Shown piece by piece: positions 1 to 10,200 of a DNA stretch of 64,000 bases. How positions within the stretch are numbered: position 1 is the stretch's first letter; each line of letters opens with the position of its first letter. A program made the position numbers and the translations under genes. The stretch lies in the NCBI GenBank assembly GCA_029717555.1, contig JAMDHS010000075.1, positions 1 to 64,000 of the forward strand, read 5' to 3'. The notes under the pieces are model-generated. The model ran no database searches. It worked only from the letters and a program-made list of their open reading frames with translations, and had not been told where the DNA came from. This DNA is from Peribolospora baueri. Lineage: Eukaryota.

Positions 1-1150
1 AGGGAGTGAGCCTGGCGTAAGCAGTGGTGGGCGCGAGGCGTCGGCGGAGGCATTGCCACCGGGCGTGAAGTCTGCTGACCGTGGTCCTGAGCAGAACGGA
101 AGCAGAAGGTGCCGGGCTGAGATGTGGTGCGATGAACGCGACGGAAAGGGGAAGACAAGCGCTGCGGTGCAGAAAAGAAGAAAGGAGGTATTTTTTGTAT
201 AATACCAGTAAGGGTTTGATTATATCACCACAGCGCCTGGAACACTTATCTCGGCCGGGAAGCGCGGCTCGACGAGCGTTCCATCCGACTGCCGTTCGGC
301 CCGCAAGAACTTCATCCGCGTCTCCGTCATCCACAGTGGGGGGCTTAGTGGCGTCTTTCTATATGGCCAGGCGGGTACGGGAGTCAGAACCAGGCTGACG
401 GAAGTAAGCGCAACGCTAAGCTAGTGGGACGCCGTCGCCGCTCCACTCGATCCCGCTCGCCGCCGGCACCCGCGTCCGTAGTTCACAGAGAGAGAGACAC
501 TTGTAATTGCTTTCCCTTTCCAGGACTGGAATGTTATTGATGTTAAAGCCAGTCGACGAACGGTGACCATACAGACGAGATCACATGCATCCTCCTTCCA
601 TATTATATGCTGCAGTGGCCTCCCTATAGTCGATATGGCCTTCTTGGCCGCTCGGGTGATGATGGAGCTGCGCTCGGTCATACGGACTGGCCAGCGACGT
701 CGGACGGCGGGCCTCTTCCTCCTCCGCCTTCTTGCCGTCGTGCCCGGTCTCATCGGTACGTTTTGGTTACTCCACAACGCCGTCAAAGGCGTAGGCGGGG
801 AAGGGGAGCGCAGGCCAGGGAGAGCAGAGTTTGCCGTCGCAAGCGTATGGGTGAGCCCCTTGGTTTGTTCATTTGGCTTTGCGTTTTGGAGATGACACAG
901 CTCACGCGCGTTTCAATCCTTCCCTGGACCGCTCTATACCGCAGGCGATGGCGACAGCGCACTGGTGTTTCAACATGACGACGCTCCTCCTCCGTCGCTG
1001 GCTTTACCACTATTGGCTCCTACCTTCTCTCATCCGCCTTCTCTCCCTACAAGCAATCTATTGGCCTCTCACCCGGCTCACTCTTCTTGTCTTCGGGCCC
1101 AACGCCCCCCCTTGCGTCGTGGGTGCTCATTGCGACGACAAGTCTCGTGA

Positions 1151-2938
1151 GTGAGAATGTGGCCAGGTAGGTTACGAGCAACCTCGACCAGGGTGCGCAC
1201 GAGGGAACCGGCGTCCGATTCTGGCGCGTACGAGGGACAAGGTCGGCCTGATGCCACCGTCATCTCTGGCAGTGAGCCTGGAGCTGGGAGCGGCGGTGGT
1301 GCGCTGGGACTCTACGCCAGCGCCGTTATGGACACCGACGCCGACGCAGACGTCACCGCCACCGCCACCTCCACCTCCGTACGTTTTCGCAGTCACTTAT
1401 CCACATCCTCACCACACACGCTCTCTCGGACCCAATCCTTTAGACAACCACACACGGCTGCCTCGCGACGGCATGGATCCTATCCTGAGCGGCGGCGCGC
1501 AACCGAGCCGTCCTCTCGACCTCGGCCTCAACTCCAATACCTGCCGGACGGTCAACGAGAGCGGTCGGGGGAAGCACGATTCCGGGCAGCGTCCTCGACA
1601 CCTACACCCTCACCGCGTCGTCCCGGTCGACGGCGGCGACACCTCCCGTGGCCTGAGGTGGTCCGACGGAGCTTGGTGCCCATCTCCGTGTTGACCTATG
1701 CGAGCTTCTGGGTCGTGTTGATAGTTCAGACGTTGGAAAGGGGTGGGGGTTGGCTGGGGGAGATGGTCGAACGGCATCGAACGCCGACACAGCGGCTTTG
1801 CCTTGTATCTGGCGACGTTGAGGCAATGTATCCCTCCATTCCCACTCAGAAAGGGTTGCGAACACTACGCTCCGTCATCTCCAAGTCTGGGTACGATCAA
1901 GGCACAAAGGATCTCATCCTTTCCTTGCTCACCCAAGTCCTCTGGAACAACTACTTCACTTTCTCCGGGGTTACCTACAAGCAAATCCGAGGAACAGCCA
2001 TGGGGATTAGCTGCGCACCAGCGTACGCCAACCTCTTCATGGCTTGGCACGAGCAACAGCTCACCTCGGAACTGCTTCCCCAGGCAAACGTGTTGTACTA
2101 TGCCAGGTACATTGACGATATCCTCGCCGTGGTTGCACTCACAAGCAACCAGCGGAACGAAAATGACGTCCTCGACGTTCTTCGCCCGCTTCTGGCAAGT
2201 ATCCACCCGCAGCTTAAGATAAGCGTTAAAGCTTCCCTCACAAAGCTTGAATTCCTGGATGTGGAAGTGTTTGTGAAGGCCAACCCCTTCACCCACCTCT
2301 CCAACGATGGTCTCGGAACCCGAACCTTCCAGAAGAGTCTTAACGCTTATCAATACATCCCTTGGTCCTCCTACCATCCAGTAGCTGTCAAATCGGCCTT
2401 CATTAAGGCCGAACTGACGCGGTACATCCGTAATGCTTCAGAACTGGCGGACTACTTATCGGTACGTGATCTCTTCTTCCAGAGACTCCGAGCACGGGGT
2501 TATCCCCCTCGGTATCTCAGGAAGGTTTTCCTCAGTCTCAATTACTACGCTCTCCGCGAGCGAGCCCTTTCAGACGCACACCCGGCTGAAAGAGAGACGA
2601 GCGACGCTACGAAACCGCCACCACGACTCGTGCTCAAACCCTTCCCTAACCCCATCTGGGATGGAGTCGATTTGCATCCCGTCTGGGACCTTTACCTCTC
2701 CCAATGGGTTGATCTCGGGTTCGTCCTTCGGGGCATTCGGATCATCAATTGTAAAAGGAAAACACGTAGCCTCGGTGACCTCTTCAACGCGTCAAACAAG
2801 AGATCCATCCAGGGGCATCGCGTTAAACGCGTGCAGTTGGATTATGACCCTAATCCTAATGAACTAGCCACGCGACTCACCGCAGGTACGTCACCTAATC
2901 AATCAGGTGACACGGCGCTCACGTCTATCACGACGTGA
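1151..2938 (+). CDS. Penelope-like (PLE) reverse transcriptase ORF, endonuclease-less and apparently N-terminally truncated; recognisable RT starts ~1796
   Basis: PLE-RT motifs: DVEAMYPSIP, NNYFTF..YKQIRGTAMGISCAPAYANLFM, YARYIDDIL (YIDD at 2108-2119), LEFLDV, and thumb QYIPWSSYHP..K.AFIKAELTRY..RLRARGYP. No GIY-YIG motif before the stop. The first ~215 codons are low-complexity and lack the upstream RT motifs. Confidence 0.9.
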   Translation: MRMWPGRLRATSTRVRTREPASDSGAYEGQGRPDATVISGSEPGAGSGGGALGLYASAVMDTDADADVTATATSTSVRFRSHLSTSSPHTLSRTQSFRQPHTAASRRHGSYPERRRATEPSSRPRPQLQYLPDGQRERSGEARFRAASSTPTPSPRRPGRRRRHLPWPEVVRRSLVPISVLTYASFWVVLIVQTLERGGGWLGEMVERHRTPTQRLCLVSGDVEAMYPSIPTQKGLRTLRSVISKSGYDQGTKDLILSLLTQVLWNNYFTFSGVTYKQIRGTAMGISCAPAYANLFMAWHEQQLTSELLPQANVLYYARYIDDILAVVALTSNQRNENDVLDVLRPLLASIHPQLKISVKASLTKLEFLDVEVFVKANPFTHLSNDGLGTRTFQKSLNAYQYIPWSSYHPVAVKSAFIKAELTRYIRNASELADYLSVRDLFFQRLRARGYPPRYLRKVFLSLNYYALRERALSDAHPAERETSDATKPPPRLVLKPFPNPIWDGVDLHPVWDLYLSQWVDLGFVLRGIRIINCKRKTRSLGDLFNASNKRSIQGHRVKRVQLDYDPNPNELATRLTAGTSPNQSGDTALTSITT

Positions 2939-2996
2939 CCCGGTATTCCCACGGTGAAATTTTTCGCGATCACCACAAGGGAGGGAGCTGATCGTT

Positions 2997-3045
2997 GCTG
3001 CCTGACGAGCCCTCGGGCGAAACAGCAAAAGCTTTCTGTCGCAGC
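2997..3045 (+). ncRNA. Type I hammerhead ribozyme
   Basis: Stem I GCTGC(2997-3001)/GCAGC(3041-3045); core CTGACGA (3002-3008); stem II GCC-CTCG-GGC (3009-3018); GAA; stem III ACAG/CTGT with loop CAAAAGCTTT; GUC cleavage triplet ending at C3040. Confidence 0.9.
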
Positions 3046-3119
3046 TTGCTCTTTCTTCTCGTGCGGCTTCGTTTTTTTTGTTCACAGCAACTTCATGGCC
3101 ACCCCCAGTTGACAACAAA

Positions 3120-3133
3120 AACCCTAACCCTAA
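3120..3133 (+). repeat. Short telomeric repeat tract (CCCTAA)2
   Basis: AACCCTAACCCTAA ~75 nt downstream of the hammerhead. Confidence 0.7.
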
Positions 3134-4058
3134 TCGCACGGCCCCAGATCGCGGCCCAGCATCTCGGCCGGCCCGCCGGTCCAGGGCAGATGCCGGTTCA
3201 TCCGCACTAGTGGAAAGTCCATCAAATTCTACGTCCACGTTCCTGCTTGGCCTTCATGCCTGGCGAGATGCCAGGATCGCCGCCGGGGGAGCACGTGCAT
3301 GCTTCCTTGCTTGGTTCCTTCCACTCCTCTTTGCACCATCTTCCACATTGGTTCTCTTCTCTCACTCCGTCCAACGAACGGCCGCCAGCTTTTGCTTCAA
3401 ATTTATGATGCACAGTTTCCGCGAAAGCGTCACTCCGGTGTGTTCTTCGAAGCAGCCTGCGATTGGACCCGTATAAATATTGTATTTTCGATTCGGCCGA
3501 TAGATTCGGACGAAATGGATCCGCTGTAAGCTAAGGAAGGATTACAGCCAAGACAGAGTTTTATTCATCAAATCAGTTAAGCAAGAACGAGGACCTGGAA
3601 TTTGACGAGTCCGCGAAAGTATCCATGTGTCAATTGTCAAGCGTTGTGCGTCTGCGATTTGAGCACGTTTTCCAACGCGTTTTGGATTCTCCAAAGGTGT
3701 TTGCTCCGAGCTAAAGACCACAGACGAGTCTAATCAGATCATTTCATCCAGGAACGTGGACCTGGAATTCGATGAACTACGGAGAAGCAAAATCGTCTCG
3801 GCGAATCGCCTGTAGCCATGCAATTGCTACGAAAACGAAATCGCGCTACGACGACGCGGTGAGTCGGACACAAGTGGGCTGTTAAGTTCCCTGCAACGTG
3901 CGTGCTGTGCGCTCCAGCGGCGGCGAGAAGACAAATGGACGTGCGCTGAGGTGAGGGCGAGTGCGCGCAGAGGCACCAGCATAAAAGACGCTGGCGTAAA
4001 AGGCACCATCTCTGTCGCCTTCAAACCACCCACCTCTCCGGTCCTCCTCGTGCTCAAC

Positions 4059-5309
4059 ATGCGAATCAACGACCGTTCGACCGTTGCGGCTGCCGCTGGG
4101 CTCGCAGCACTGATTGGCAGCACGTCAGGCCAAGGCATTCTTCCGGACAAGCAGGTGCCCAACATCGGTGGCGGCGTCTACAATGCCAGTGATCCCCGGC
4201 TGGCCAACTACACGTTGGAGTTTATTCCGCCGTTTGCAACTAATTACGGCGGGTACTACACGTGGGCGGCCAACAATAACACAGTGTCCATCATGAATGT
4301 CACCGAACTTGTAGCGCCGCTCGGGATCACGAACCTTGGTTCGAACAACACGATGTACTCGTTCTTCAGTATCAGCGAAGGCCAACCGAAGAAGATCACT
4401 CCACCCACGGCTGGACACGGCCACGGCACCGGCAAGTTCTCGAAGATCCTGCACATCATCTTCGAGAATGAGGTGTACGACTGGACGATGAACGATTCGT
4501 ACTGGCAGCTCCTGGCAAAACGCGGGAAGACGTTGACCAACAGCCACGGTGTGACGCATCCGTCGTTGCCTAACTACGCCAGCCTCGTCGCCGGTGACTT
4601 CTTCGGCATCGCGCACGAGGATTTTTACAACATCAATGCTACGACCATATATGACCTGCTCGACGCCAAAGCTCTTGACTATGCTACTTATGTGGAGCAG
4701 TACGTACCCGTCGCCACGGAACGTGGCCCCAACGACTGCAACAATGCGATGTTCCTAGGGCCTCTGGACAATACCAACCCGGATTGGAACAGTCCGGTGT
4801 ACCGCCGTTTGGACGTGCCTCCGCTGTTGTTCTCCACGTACACCAGCAACTACACTCGCTGCAGCAAGATCTACAACGCGACCGCGCAGTTTGATGCCGA
4901 CGTCGAGTCGCACAAGCTGCCGCCCTACTCGTTCTACGTGCCGGACATGCTTCACAACGGCCACGACCCCGAGTCGGACAGCGACTACGCGCACCAGCCG
5001 ACTACCTCTGGCATCTGGTTCAACGCCTTCCTGGACATGTACCTGCCCGCGTTGACAGCTCAGGGTACCCTGGTGGTGGCGACCTTTGACGAGGCTACGT
5101 GGCAAAACGACAGTGACTCTGTGCCAAACAACAACAACCACATCGCCACTCTGCTGTTCGGCCATGGCATCACTCCGGGCACCAAGGACGACACGTACAT
5201 TACCCACTACGGCACGATGCGGGGCACCATCACCAACTTTGGCCTTGGATCTCTCGGACGCAACGACACCAATGCCACCAACGGTGACTTGTCCTTGTTC
5301 GTTCACTAG
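4059..5309 (+). CDS. Secreted acid phosphatase, phosphoesterase family; intronless, 416 aa
   Basis: Hydrophobic N-terminus after ATG 4059; motifs IIFENE, LAKRGKTLTNSHGVTHPSLPNYASLVAGDFFG, YVPDMLHNGHD, LVVATFDE, YITHYG, GLGSLGRND; many N-x-S/T sequons. Confidence 0.9.
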   Translation: MRINDRSTVAAAAGLAALIGSTSGQGILPDKQVPNIGGGVYNASDPRLANYTLEFIPPFATNYGGYYTWAANNNTVSIMNVTELVAPLGITNLGSNNTMYSFFSISEGQPKKITPPTAGHGHGTGKFSKILHIIFENEVYDWTMNDSYWQLLAKRGKTLTNSHGVTHPSLPNYASLVAGDFFGIAHEDFYNINATTIYDLLDAKALDYATYVEQYVPVATERGPNDCNNAMFLGPLDNTNPDWNSPVYRRLDVPPLLFSTYTSNYTRCSKIYNATAQFDADVESHKLPPYSFYVPDMLHNGHDPESDSDYAHQPTTSGIWFNAFLDMYLPALTAQGTLVVATFDEATWQNDSDSVPNNNNHIATLLFGHGITPGTKDDTYITHYGTMRGTITNFGLGSLGRNDTNATNGDLSLFVH

Positions 5310-5745
5310 GAGGATGTACACGGTGTCAGCGGATGGACATCTTTCCGTTGACCGGCGCATAATATCTATCCACTCTCACTGACACGCCGTGGAAGTGGAT
5401 CATACCCCGTTGTTAGGAAAGGCTCCACACGACGCATCGCTCTACGCGAGCGTACGCGCAATATGTGTACCGTAGTTGGCCTGTTCGGCCATGTTGCGCG
5501 CAGCAGTCTCGGGCATGCGATGGTGAGGAATACCAGCCTTTACGTCGATCGTCCCTATCACATTAAGGCGAAGGGGGCCGAAGACATGGAGAGGGCCAAG
5601 GCCGCTGTCGCGGGCACCCTTGCGGGCAAAGGGGCAGAGAAAGGCGGCAGCGTGTTGGGAGGCAAGGACTACCTGAGCTTGTGGGAAAATGCCGGAGAAG
5701 AAGAACTGGAATGCGGCCTTCAGGAACGCACGGAGGCACCCTTTC

Positions 5746-5763
5746 CCCTAACTCTAACCCTAA
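5746..5763 (+). repeat. Degenerate telomeric repeat tract CCCTAA-CTCTAA-CCCTAA
   Basis: Read directly; shares CTAACCCTAATCG with the tract at 3124-3136. Confidence 0.6.
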
Positions 5764-6540
5764 TCGTAAGCGGCCTAGACCTCTGTCCCGTCCAATCTTG
5801 ACTCCCGACAGATCTGCGGCCGACCCTCGACGCATCCGTCTCCTCGTCTTTGCGCTCGAGCGCGACGCCGGCTCGAACGCGCCCAAACCGTGGTCGAGCT
5901 TGCAGCGGTCCGAGAGGAGCCCCTCTTCTGTGCTTTGCGACCTGTCCCACTTGGCCCAGACCGGTCATCCTCGTCTCATGATCGCTTGGCACTTTGTAGG
6001 CTTGAGGTCATATAGAAAATATAGAGGTCATCAGCCATGCGGCGACGTCCATCGACGTGTAGGCGGCGGAGACACTTACTTCTCGCAGGGCTTGGGTTAG
6101 AGGGGGTTTAAGATTGTTATTCTTCTGTTCCCACTGAAGGGTTGCGTGTGTTAGTTACAGGACGAGAGGAGATCAAGCGAAGAGGAGTGGAGCGGGAGAG
6201 TTATGTCGGTAGAAGGTGAGTATGGAGAAGCGACGCGAAGTGTTATGTGACGCATCCAGGTCAAACTGGGCACGGCCATGTTACGGGAACACCAACGCCT
6301 ACACCGCACCAGCCGCAGCGATCGAGACATGGTTCGCGATGCACTCCCTCCTTTCCGTATGCGTTCTTCCTTTTCCCCCTCTCCCACATGAACTCCTTCA
6401 TCCATTCCCTAGGTCTCCTATCGTCGCTAGGACAGGCCCCAAACTCCTTCTTTTCCTCTTTCCCCTCGTCCTTTTCCCTTCATTCACACTCTCCTTCGGG
6501 TCGCCGCGCGCTGCCTTTCTACCACGTGCTGGCAGACCGA

Positions 6541-7102
6541 TGTCACACGATGGCACTTAGAGTTAAGGTAGAGTTCAACATCGGAAGTGCCTAAGGTTGG
6601 CCGGAGGAAGCGGTAACTCTTCGCCCACGCGATCTATTCGCGTGACGTTTGATTTACGCGAGCATCTATGCGGACATGTGAGCGCTGGCGAGGAGTCCAT
6701 ATGTCAGAAACGGAGCTGAGGAGGACAGGGCAGGCGGCGCAGGAGCTACCCAAGGACGACGGACGGAAGAGGAGAAGGAAGATAGGCGTTGAGACAAGGA
6801 CAAGATTTGCAGGGACGAAACTAGGGGCTGGGTACAGGAAGGAGAAGCTAGGGGGTGAAACCGGGAAAGGAGAAAAAGGGGCTCGGCTTATATATACCTC
6901 ACAGGGGAAAGTCTGATGCGGTCCTCTTCTGCGGGGAACGCCCGAGGGGAGGCAGGGGAGAGCCGAGGGGGGAGACGGGAACAATGAAGGGTCACCAGAA
7001 CAATAGGGAATACGCCGCAGGCTAGTGGCCACTAAGTCGTGGGGGTTCCACGTGCAGCGCCTGCACCATGCTGCGGCCTAGCGATCATGCAGGGTCGTGA
7101 CA
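6541..7102 (-). mobile_element. Probable solo LTR (~560 bp)
   Basis: Inverted termini TGTCAC(6541)...GTGACA(7102). The minus strand starts TGTCACGACC and has a TATATATAA box (~6887-6897) followed by a pyrimidine-rich tract. No matching TSD, PBS or PPT seen. Confidence 0.5.
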
Positions 7103-7240
7103 GTGAGCCACTGTCACCGGGAAGATTCACTTGTAGTGCTTAGTCAGCCGAGTGATCGGGACCGCGGGCATGCTCAGACCTCGTCTCTCCACCTCGAAGC
7201 GCCGACGAGGTGCTCGTGAGACAATTGAGAGCACCTGAAG

Positions 7241-10200
7241 ATGTCCCAGGCCACACAGCCAGGCCAATTGCAGCGCGAGGACTCGCTCATTCAGATCGAC
7301 CCGGTACGCGGCGATAACAAGTATGGCGATGCCGGTGGCGGTGGCGGCGGCAGAGACGGCGGCGACGGCTTTGGAGGCTTCGGTCTCGACGACCTCGACG
7401 GCGCTGGAGGGATCCGCCTGGAAGAGGAGATGGAGCGCCCCCCAGAGTGTGTTAACTTTAGTCCCACGCCGAACTTTCACGTCCTTGTTGACTTCCTCGA
7501 GGCGGTGATCAAGGACAAGCCTGAGAAGCAGAGAGTCAGGTTGGAAAGGTTGTTCGAGGTCAGTAGGAGATGAGCTCCTCGATGGCTGCTTTGGTAGATG
7601 GTGGCTCACCCTGAGTGTCCGTACATCTATGCACTCATTCTTTCTATGGCCTCGGCTTGCTGAACCTATGAATTTGACCTCCGGAAGAACTGGAGGGCAA
7701 AAGTCGGTCCGGATTTGTACCCTCTGGTTCGGCTGCTCATCCCGGAGGTGAGATAGCCTTCCGCTCAGCGTTGCACACTTTGCCTTAGCGTTCGCGCTGG
7801 CCAAGGTGCTCGTCAACGTGCTCGGGCTCGACCCGAAGAAGAGCGATGCGGCTCAGAGGCTCATTCATTGGAAACTGCCGGCGGTCAATAAGGACAAGGT
7901 GAGTTGTTTGAACGGTGCTTGGAGGCGTTTGTCGCGCTCGGGGACTCAGTCCCTCCTGGCGCGAACGGCTTCAGTTCAGCAACGTGGGCGACTTTACGGG
8001 GATAGCGTACGAGATTGTCAAGGAGCGCGTGCCGACAGTGGGCGAGGGTGAGCTGGATATCACCAGGGTCAACGAACTTTTGGATGAGCTCAGCTCTTAC
8101 AGCAAGTCGTGAGTGCGCGAAGGCATCGGCGTGATAAAGTACCCTTCACCGAGTCCTTCGATCTGCTCGCTCCTTCAGAAAAGAAAAGCAGGACGTTGTT
8201 CAAGAGTTCTGCAACAGGCGTACGGCAGAAGAGATCAAATGGATTCTCCCCATTGTTCTCAAAGTAAGCGGCGTAGGCAATTTGCCGGTCGCTTCTGACG
8301 GCGTACAGCCTGTGTCTGATCGAGGGCCGCCATAGCACCGGTCCGGCCGATATCAGACCTCCGGATCACTGTTAGGGAAAAGACCATTCTCCGCACGCTG
8401 CACCCGGACGCCAATGACTGCTTCAATGTGTGCTCCGATCTCAAAGTGGTATGCTGGAAGCTGTACGACCTGAACTATCGGATGCCTCACGAGGTGAGTG
8501 CCGCGCCATCTATCTTACTTCTCCCGGAGCGAGCCAAGTGATTGTACCGTATTACGCCCACCATGACGGTAGAAAAAAGCAGTCGAACTCGGCAAGTGCT
8601 TTCTTCCGATGCTCTGCAAACGCAACATGCGCGATTTCAACGACATCGCAACTCATGGTTGTGGGCACGGCCTGGGTGGCTCGAGAGACACGGCTGAGCA
8701 CGACGTCGTACCGCTCTGACCGGTCTGCCAGTTCAGGGAGTGGCTCGGGATGGGACGGGTTTTTTATCGAGGAGAAACTCGACGGAGAGAGAATACAGAT
8801 GCACAAGAATTGGCGGCAGTTCGATTTTTGGTCACGGTGAGCTCTCAAACAGCAGTTTGTAACCCTGAAACTTTGCGGCTGACCCTTCCTTTCTCCGCTT
8901 CGCAGGAAAGGCAAGCACTACACATATTTGTATGGACGGAACGGCAGGAGCGGGTCTCCAACACCTTATATCGAGGACAAGTTCAACAAAAACGTCGAGA
9001 GGTGAGATGAGGCATTGCCCCACCTTTCGCTTCTTGGCTAACAGGTTTTGGGGTGACACGACCATTGTAGCATCATCTTGGATGGAGAAATGCTCGTCTG
9101 GGATCCGCTTCGAGGAATGTTTCAGCCGATTGGCAACCTGAAGACCGCTGCTCTTTTTATGTCAGGCTCGCGCTTTGATGCGTTGATCGACCTACTGACT
9201 CTGACCTTCCTGGGTTTCTCTCGCTGTTGCAGACACGTCTGACGACTCTGACAAGCCAACACCGTGCTGTACGTCAGCGATCTCGCACTACTGTTATTTA
9301 TTTTTGCTGACACCTTGCCTCCTGCATCTCGTCCATCAGTCAAGGTATTTGACGTTCTCTACGTGAATGGAAAGACCCTCTTACATATGCCTCTTTCCGA
9401 GCGCAAGCGCATCCTTCCAAAGCTGGTGACCGAGGTGCCTCGAGCTCGTCCTGACGATGCGCGGGAGGTCGGGGGCGGACATTCGAGACGCTCTCGATAA
9501 GGTCATGGCTCAAAGGTAAGCCTTTCTGACGTCCTCTGCTGACGACGCCAGCACAGCTGACCTCATCTTCCGCCCGGTGAAAGAGTAATAGGAGAAAGGC
9601 TACCCTTTCGAGCCGGGGCCCTCTGCTCGTCAGACTCTTCGTCCGCCGAAGACCCACGATCGTAGCCAGGCTCCGCTTGTGTATCCTCCGTGGCAAACAC
9701 GAGATACCTGATCATGAACCTGCCTGTCAGTAAACGCGGCTATAGCGTCCGTTCCCACAGGAGGAGCCTACTTCTTTCTGAGAGGCAGCAGTCTGCCGCG
9801 CTCAATGGAGCCCAGGATCCAGTCCGGATGGATGATGTCATGCTCCCCCTTCTCTTTAATCTTTCGAGCTCGTAGCACTGTAAAATCGAAATAGGAAATG
9901 TCATGACCTGTCAAAATGCTTCAAACGGGGAGAACCGTCTCTACACGCACTGTTATCGCGAGGGCAGATGGCCCAGCAAGGCGGTACGTCCGCACCATTC
10001 TTCGCAGTAGGCAGTCGCTGAGTGAAATTGCCTCCATGCTGAACGATGAGACGTTCGAGCGTCTCCTTGTCGTGCTCGCGTGTCCCCTCGAGGACGCCTG
10101 TCAGAGGGACATGCCGAAGTCAGCCTCTCGGTCATTGTAGACAGGCGAGCCGCTTGAACGTACAGAAGAGCATGCTTTCCTCCTTCCCATCCTCCTCTTC

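Larger units (their letters stand above)
1790..3136 (+). mobile_element. EN(-) Penelope-like retroelement (Coprina/Athena-type), 5'-truncated, with 3' pseudo-LTR region
   Basis: RT without endonuclease, then a hammerhead ribozyme (2997-3045) and AACCCTAACCCTAA (3120-3133). Boundaries approximate. Confidence 0.8.

Noticed and set aside
1..1150. Short ORFs upstream of the RT as a PLE ORF1 or a host gene
   Set aside because: No recognisable motifs or consistent exon chain.
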